A stretch of 62,377 nucleotides of DNA, counting the filler, from Chrysochromulina tobinii (Eukaryota), in assembly GCA_001275005.1 (NCBI GenBank). It is 7 parts of 7 records of this genome, joined end to end, with 100 filler letters (N's around TTAATTAATTAA, not from the genome) between each part and the next. Parts side by side here need not be neighbours in the genome. Positions count along the whole stretch, not along the records: positions 56,090 to 62,377 come from JWZX01001108.1; 6 more parts are not named here. The stretch is one strand, 5' to 3'. The first letter of the stretch is position 1, and each line of letters opens with the position of its first letter. The notes below the pieces were generated by a model, which worked only from the letters and a program-made list of their open reading frames with translations, searched no databases and had not been told where the DNA came from. Positions 56,090 through 62,377 of the stretch are shown here, in pieces. The translations under genes were made by a program, and so were the position numbers.

Positions 56090-57711
56090 GCCCGGAGACG
56101 ACGTAGAGCGAGCCGAGGGGCACGGGCTCCTTGTGCGGGAAGACTTGCGCGCGCAGCTCGAGGCACAGCATGATGTGGAGCTCACGGTCCTGCTCCACAT
56201 CAATGCCCTTGAGCCACCACACGTTCTTGAGCCAGCGCTCGTTCATCCTGAGTGCGAAGTCGCCGGCCAGCCCGGGCGAGAGCAGCTGTAGCAGCCGGAC
56301 GCGCGTCGCGCCCTGGCGCAGATGCACCGTCATGTGCATGTATTCACGCAGCCGGTACTGCATTTCGGGAGGGATGTTCTCAGCCGCCATGTGGAAGTTG
56401 AGGTCGGACAGGTCGATGCGGAACTGTGCCTTGTCGGGCGCGAGATTCGTGGCGACCCCGCAAAACGAGCCCACGATGTACGCGAAGCAGACGGCGCCGA
56501 TGTACATGATCGCTGTGCACACCAGGTTCTCGGTCGCGTTGAGCTTTGTAGCCATCACGTCGCCGTACCCTGTCGAGGTGACGGTGGTCACGGCCCAGTA
56601 GAGGGAGCGGATGTACAGCACGTCCGCCTGCAAGCAGCTGTACCCGTCGTCGTTGCATCTCTGACCATCTGGGCAGGGCGTGGTCGGGTCCCACTCGACG
56701 CAGTACCCTTGCTGTTGCGGGCCGAGCCAGCTATTCAGCGGGTCGAAGGAGGCCTGCAACCCCCACACGCATGCGAACAAATGGCACAGGAAGATGAGCC
56801 CGAGGAGGATCACCGAGATGGAGAGCACGGCGTAGTTGATGGAGGCTTTCAGCTCCCAGCGCTTGAAGATGCGGCTCGCATTGACCAGGCGTATGAGCTT
56901 AATGAGCCGCAGCGCGCGAATGGCGCGAAAGCCCTTGAAGCGCGCGAGTGGGCCGCTGGTGGGCGCCAAGATGTCGAAGAGGGAGACGCCGATAGAGAGG
57001 ACGTCCACCACGAACCAGACGCCTGTCACGTAGCGCCACGCAATCTTGCGCCGATCCATCACCCAGTGCTCGCCTTCTGGGCTCTTGATATCCGTTTCCG
57101 GGTACCTGCGTGCCGCACCGATCAGCAGGTGCGCTCAGCCGGGGGTGGGCGGGCAGCTCGCGCAGCAGCAGCAGCGGCCGCGGCCCCACGGCGCGGCGAC
57201 AGCAGGGCGATGCGCACATGATGAAGAACTGCATCAACACGTCGAGGATGAAGATGATGTCGACGCAGCGGTTGGTGATGAAGAGGCCGTCAGCCCATCG
57301 GTCAGCGGGGATGTCCATGAAGCCCACCTCCACGGGCGTCATGATGGCTGTGAAGATGAGCGCAATCGAGGTGACGACGTCCCAATTGGGCATCAGCTTA
57401 CTGGTGCGAGGATCGAGGAGATACTTCGATCTCTTTAGTTCCCTAGCCCTCTTGCGCGTCTTCGCCTCGTGGTCGGCGAAGATCTTTTGGGACCCGGTGC
57501 TGGTCAGCGTCGAAGCTCTCCGATATAGTGGGGGCGCGTTGCGGGCTGGCTGAGGCTCGGCCGCCTTGATGTCCGCCATATCCACCCCATTCGCTCTTCC
57601 GTCTGCATCTTCTTCAACGTAGCGTAATTTGTCGGCGGAGGAGGTGGTCCCCCGCCTCTTCAGGCCCAACTCGCCCATGTCCGCTATGTCCTCCGCCGTG
57701 TGCACCGCCAT
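56090..57711 (-). CDS. Voltage-gated K+ channel of the cyclic-nucleotide-binding-domain (KCNH/HCN/Shaker-like) class; intron 57217-57106; 3' truncated
   Basis: S4 RAIRALRLIKLIRL, pore SLYWAVTTVTSTGYGD, C-linker and start of a CNBD (GSLYVVSG). Start codon is uncertain (57711 or 57768). Confidence 0.9.
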
Positions 57712-58125
57712 TTCGATGGCCAGCGTGTGGGCGGGACCGGCATCTCGATGGGTAACGAGGTTGTGCATTCACTCGTGCAGCCGCCGTGTTACCCGACTCT
57801 GCAACCCGCCACTGCGTCCGAGACCAATCTGCACAAAAAAGGCAGTTCGGGACGACGCTCCTCACAGGAGGGCCGCAACGGCGCCGTGAACGGGTCCATA
57901 TGAGGATCGATGTTGACCCCCCACTTTTTTCGAGTCCCAATGGTCCCGACGGGTAGTCCGGTGGATGCTGTACGTTTTTTTCGTGTCCGGCTTGCATGCA
58001 AAACATGCAATCCGTTGACGGTGCGATTTGCATCATCGCGCATCCGCTTGCTCCACCATCGCGCCTCGCGCGAACTGCCCACACGTCGCCGCACGCGTGG
58101 CTAGAGCATCTTTGAGCGTGCACAC

Positions 58126-61100
58126 ATGCCAAGCACGAAGTGTTACTGCTGTGGATTGTACATCCGCCAAGAAACTTCGAGTGAGCGCCGTGGCATTTTG
58201 TTTGGTGGAGACAGCCCGCCGCCCGCCGCTGACTTTGAGCGCATCACTGGCAAGGCTCCCATGGCACCGGACTCGCCGTGGGCGCACGTGAAGCCTTCGT
58301 GTGGCGATTGCTATAAGCAGTGCCTGGCGGTCGTCGCCAAATTGAGGGCTGAGGAACGAGATCGATTGGAGCGTGCGGCCACAATGCGCCAAACACGTAA
58401 TGCGGCTGCTCATGCCGCGCCGAGCCCGATCCCGTCGTCGTTCTTGCAGCAGCCTCCTCGCGAACAAGGTGCTCGGCCGACAGCAGCTGCGCGTGCTGCT
58501 GCACTGGCCGAAGAGGCCATGCTGTTCTCGGGCCCATGCCTGAGCGAGATGCGCATCAAAGGCTCAAGCGTCTTGCTCGTCAACATGGAGGTGCACGGCG
58601 ACCTCCAGCGCTCGCAGCAACGCTTGGCCGAGGAGGAGCTGCGTCGCGAGCAGCTCTCCATTGAGCTCGAGCTGTCGACTGCAGATGTCGCCGAAGTGGA
58701 GAGCATGCTTTACAGTGTCTTGCAGTCCGTGGAGAAGTCTGCTCGTGCGGAGGCTGCAGCGGAGCAGCAGAAGATGAAGCAGACAAAGCCACCACCTCCC
58801 TTGAAAGCCACGTTTGCAAAAATGAAGAGGGTAGACTTGCTCAAGGCGGCACGCGCACGTGCCGATGAAATCCACGCGCTGAAGACCACACTCGTCAAGC
58901 TGAGCACGCGGCTCGACGCGATGCACCTCGAGCAGAAGGATGAGGAGGTCTTCACGACGATGAATGAGCTCGTTGCTCGCTACGAGCAGGAGCTCGAGCT
59001 CATGAGGGAGCGTCTGATCACGTTCGATGAGTGCGCGGAGCGCTGCGCAGAGGGTGGGCTCGCCGACCTTCCATCTGTCTTGGCCGAGAGCATTGTGGGT
59101 GGCCACATCGGCACGGGCAGCTTCTACGCACGCGCCACCGACGACCAGCTGCGCAACGTGCAGTGCAAATCGGCCAAGTCGCATCGCTTCAAGGAGGACG
59201 TGAAGGACGTGATGGCATATGCGTGGGCGCGTCAGAGCCCGGCGCGCGCCATGGCGACGCTCGGTGGTAGTTCAGACCGCCCCGAGCAGATGGGCTTCCT
59301 CTTCCCGTCGACGGCAACGCTCAGGAATCACGTGCAAAAGGGTTGTTCTATGGGCCATGCTGGCAAGGGCGGTGGCTTTGGCGGCATCGTCAACGAGAAC
59401 GTGGACGCCTTCCTCAAGTTTCAGACGCTCAGGAGGACCGAGATCAAGGATTGCTATACGAGCTACGTGTCCGATGATGGTTCAACTGGACTTGTCGAGG
59501 AGCTTGCAAAACTGTTGCTTTGTGCAATCAGCTTCGATGAGTCTGATATTGATGATGCTCTGGAGACGAGCACCGACGGCGCATACCACTGGTATGGCGA
59601 CGTGGACCTGTCGTTCATCGGCGGACACGACCCGCGGACCCTGGAGCAGGAGCACCGCGACCTCATGAAGGGCCTCGATGCCGTTTTAACCGGCGGTGAC
59701 GATAAGGGAGCAATCGAGGAGGCCTTGATAGTGATCGCCACTGCCCTTCCCGAACTTTGGGCGGCAGTGGTCGAGGCTAGTGCAGCATTCAGTGCACGCG
59801 CCGAAAAGTACCGGAAGCGCAACGCGCCAAAGCCGGTGGGGGCGAAGCGACGTGCCAAGAAGAAGGAGCCTGCTCCCGCCGCCCTCGCCGCCGCCGCACT
59901 CGCCGCCGCCGCCCTCACCGCTCCCGCGGTTGCCACTTCTGCCACCCCTGCTGCCGCCGCTACCAAGAAGCGTGCCCATGCCCAAGATGAAGCCCATGCC
60001 CAAGATGAAGTTGAGGGCGGGCCAACGGAGGATGGGATGGACGCAGCACTGCATGCACTGAACGATAAGAGCCGCCTCGCAGCCGACTCGAGCGATCGCA
60101 CTGGGGCGTCGAAGCGATATGACGGGCGGCTCGCAAGCAGAGTCTTTGACGGCGATAATGAGCCTACAGTTGGGGTGGTCAAGTTGATGGGAGGAGGACG
60201 TTGAACACTATCCTGGCGAACTTTGGTTCGAGGTCAAGTGGGTAGGTACAATCGACGTGAATGGCGATGCGGCTTGCGACCAGATGGACCTCGGCGCCCT
60301 GCATCAGATCTTGGTACCGTTTGCGTACATGACCCTCGCGCAGCTATCGGCAAGATCGCTCCACAAGGACGCTCTCCTTCACGAGGCGCGTGCTCGCAGC
60401 CTCAAGAATTGTGCCAAGCTGACCAAGCAGGCACTCGCGGACTTGCTCTATGAGGTGTTAGAGGCAGCAAAGCGACGACTAGAAGCTGAAGAGGCGGTAG
60501 CAATTGGCGAGATCCAACGAGGTGACGCTGCTGATGTGACAGCCGAGGCTGCTCAGGCAGAAGCGGACGCGATGGCTGAGGCTGTGGAGAAGGCTGGTGC
60601 GGATGTGGTGGTGGCTCCAGCAGAGACGGCTGCCGATGCGGATGTGGCTCCAGCAGAGACGGCTGCCGATGCGAATGGTCTGACTCAAGAAGAGCAGGCT
60701 CTCTCTGACTTCAAGGCGAAGCAGCAGACGGAGCTCGCGGCATTGGCGGCCAACGTTCAAACGGCGAAGCGCCGAGTGCGTGCAGTCGTTGGCGCACTGC
60801 AAGAGGCGGCTGGCATGGGCTACGCAATACCCTCGATAGCGCTAAGCATGCACGGCACTGCAACAGTCGCAGATATCCAAGGAGCCATGTGCGCAGAGGC
60901 CGCCGTAGCAGCTGCGATAGCAGCTGTTGATGGCAGCAGCATCATGAAGCTTGAGTTTGAAGAGCTGGCGGCTCTCGCTGCTCAGCTTCGAATCCAAATC
61001 TCGGAAATATTTGAGGGGCGCCGTATAGCGGCCAACAAGATCCTGGTGGTGATGCTCAAGGACTTTACACATACGTACTCCATCCCGGTTGCCCACTTTG

Positions 61101-62377
61101 CGGTGACCGGCGCTCTCAAGTCGCATGAGCTGGACGCCCTGATCGAGTACACCTTGTCCAACATCAAGCAGAGAGTCGGCGTCGTTATCGTCGAGGAATC
61201 TGCTTGCTCCGTGTTCAAGCTCATGCCCGTTGCAGAGACGGGAGACGGCGCCATCACGAACTTGGTGCGCGACGAGCGCTCCACCAAGCGCAAGACGGCT
61301 GGTGTGGCCTCGTCAGTCAGTCACCTGCCAGGGTCACTGCGAGAAGTTGCCATGGAAACCAATCAGGCTGTCAAGCAGTGGAAGGAGGCGATCGAGCCTC
61401 TCGTGCTGCGAGCACTCAAGCTAGAGGGCAGGGAACAGAGATCAATCGACACAGAAGCTTCCAAATGCGCGGTGAAGGCTCAGATCCTCGCTGCGTGGCG
61501 GAGCGTGGCCTTGCCGATTGCTCCGACACACTCTCCTCACATGTACGGCTGGGTTGCGATGAAGACGCCGAAAGTTGATACTGCTGGGTTGCGAATATAC
61601 ACCGGCAAATATGTCGAACCGGATGAGGATGATGAGAAGGAGAACATCAAAAGAGCTCGCACCGAGTACGACAATTATTTCTTCGACCTGGCTCTGGATG
61701 CTGCGGAAGCTGAGTTCGAGGCAGTGGCAGAAGCGGCAAGTGGCCCAGCGCTCGACTTCATCAACAGCGGCGCCAGCTGGGACAATTCCGATACTTCGAC
61801 ACGCTATCACAGACTGACCGATGCCCAGAGGCCGAATCCCGGATTCAAAGTGCCTCGCCGAACGGATTCTGATGCGGTGGTTGCAAGCGTTTTGGGGAAG
61901 CTCGTGGCAGACGTAGAGCTCAAGGCGCGGGCGGTCTCAGGAGGCAACGCAGAGCCGATGACAGGATTCCAAACGAGGGTGGAACGGCTCTCTGGAGCGG
62001 CACATCCAGAGCGTGCTGCGCTCCAAGGTTCCTCCATGTACGCTCATCAGATCCGCGATCCAACCTTCTCGACGCTGTGCTCGAAGTTGCTCGAGCTCCG
62101 GCCGCGACGCTCGCCACGGCCTCTCGAGGTCAAGATGACAAACACATCAACCGTCTTTCATGAGAGGGTCCCCTCGGAGACGAAGCTTCGGATGCCATCA
62201 TCCGAAACAGTAGTGGATAAGGCAAAGGGCCTCGGAGGTTCGCTCTTGCCGCCACCAACTGAGCTGTGGACACCAACGATGTCTATGGCACCCTCGGTCA
62301 AGCTCAAGTTTTCCCGCGGCGGCAGCGGCGGGGGCGGCGGTGGCGGCGGCGGCGGCGGTGGCGGCGGCGGCGGCGGC
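58126..62377 (+). mobile_element. P-element-superfamily-like transposase gene; frameshift near 60190; second frame open from 60188 to the window end
   Basis: N-terminal CxxC...CxxC and coiled coil, FPSTATLR, CAISFDESDI..L..YGDVDL; then in the +1 frame ANKILVVMLK...IPVAHF and TGDGAITN, matching P-type RNase H strand order. Confidence 0.55.

Noticed and set aside
58126..62377. The P-like transposase as the enzyme mobilising the intron modules
   Set aside because: It is on a different contig, the modules lack TIRs, and 7-46 nt duplications do not fit the fixed 7-8 bp TSD of P elements.
1..62377. rRNA, tRNA or other structured RNA genes
   Set aside because: None recognised by eye; a covariance-model search (tRNAscan-SE, Rfam) would be needed to exclude them.

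Overview
GC-rich eukaryotic nuclear DNA, not prokaryotic: it has spliceosomal introns, PEX19, CEP41 and a plastid-targeted EF-P. Gene content suggests a flagellated alga with a secondary plastid, probably a haptophyte such as Chrysochromulina (inference). The window is seven separate contigs joined by artificial N44-TTAATTAATTAA-N44 spacers. Genes include an intronless ~3,650-aa USP9X/24/34-type deubiquitinase, an FN3+SHIPPO-repeat protein, PEX19, an ankyrin-kinase, a repeated LOV-RGS-LOV (helmchrome-like) photoreceptor, an OTU+AlkB-like gene, a SET protein, CEP41, EF-P, EF-hand proteins, an ARM-U-box protein, a one-repeat-per-exon ankyrin array, a prolyl-4-hydroxylase, a 13-intron WD40-like gene, a GYGD K+ channel and a frameshifted P-element-like transposase. 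The main finding is an apparent intron-generating system. About 20 introns in unrelated genes combine part of one of two shared modules (A core: GCATGCAAGTGCTCACCACGGCGC; B: CTGATTGC-type repeats and/or the end CCTCCCTCATCAG) with a 7-46 nt direct copy of the neighbouring exon that supplies the other splice site. Several are stacked or nested and contain internal AG|GT junctions. All intron calls come from reading-frame restoration, not RNA data.
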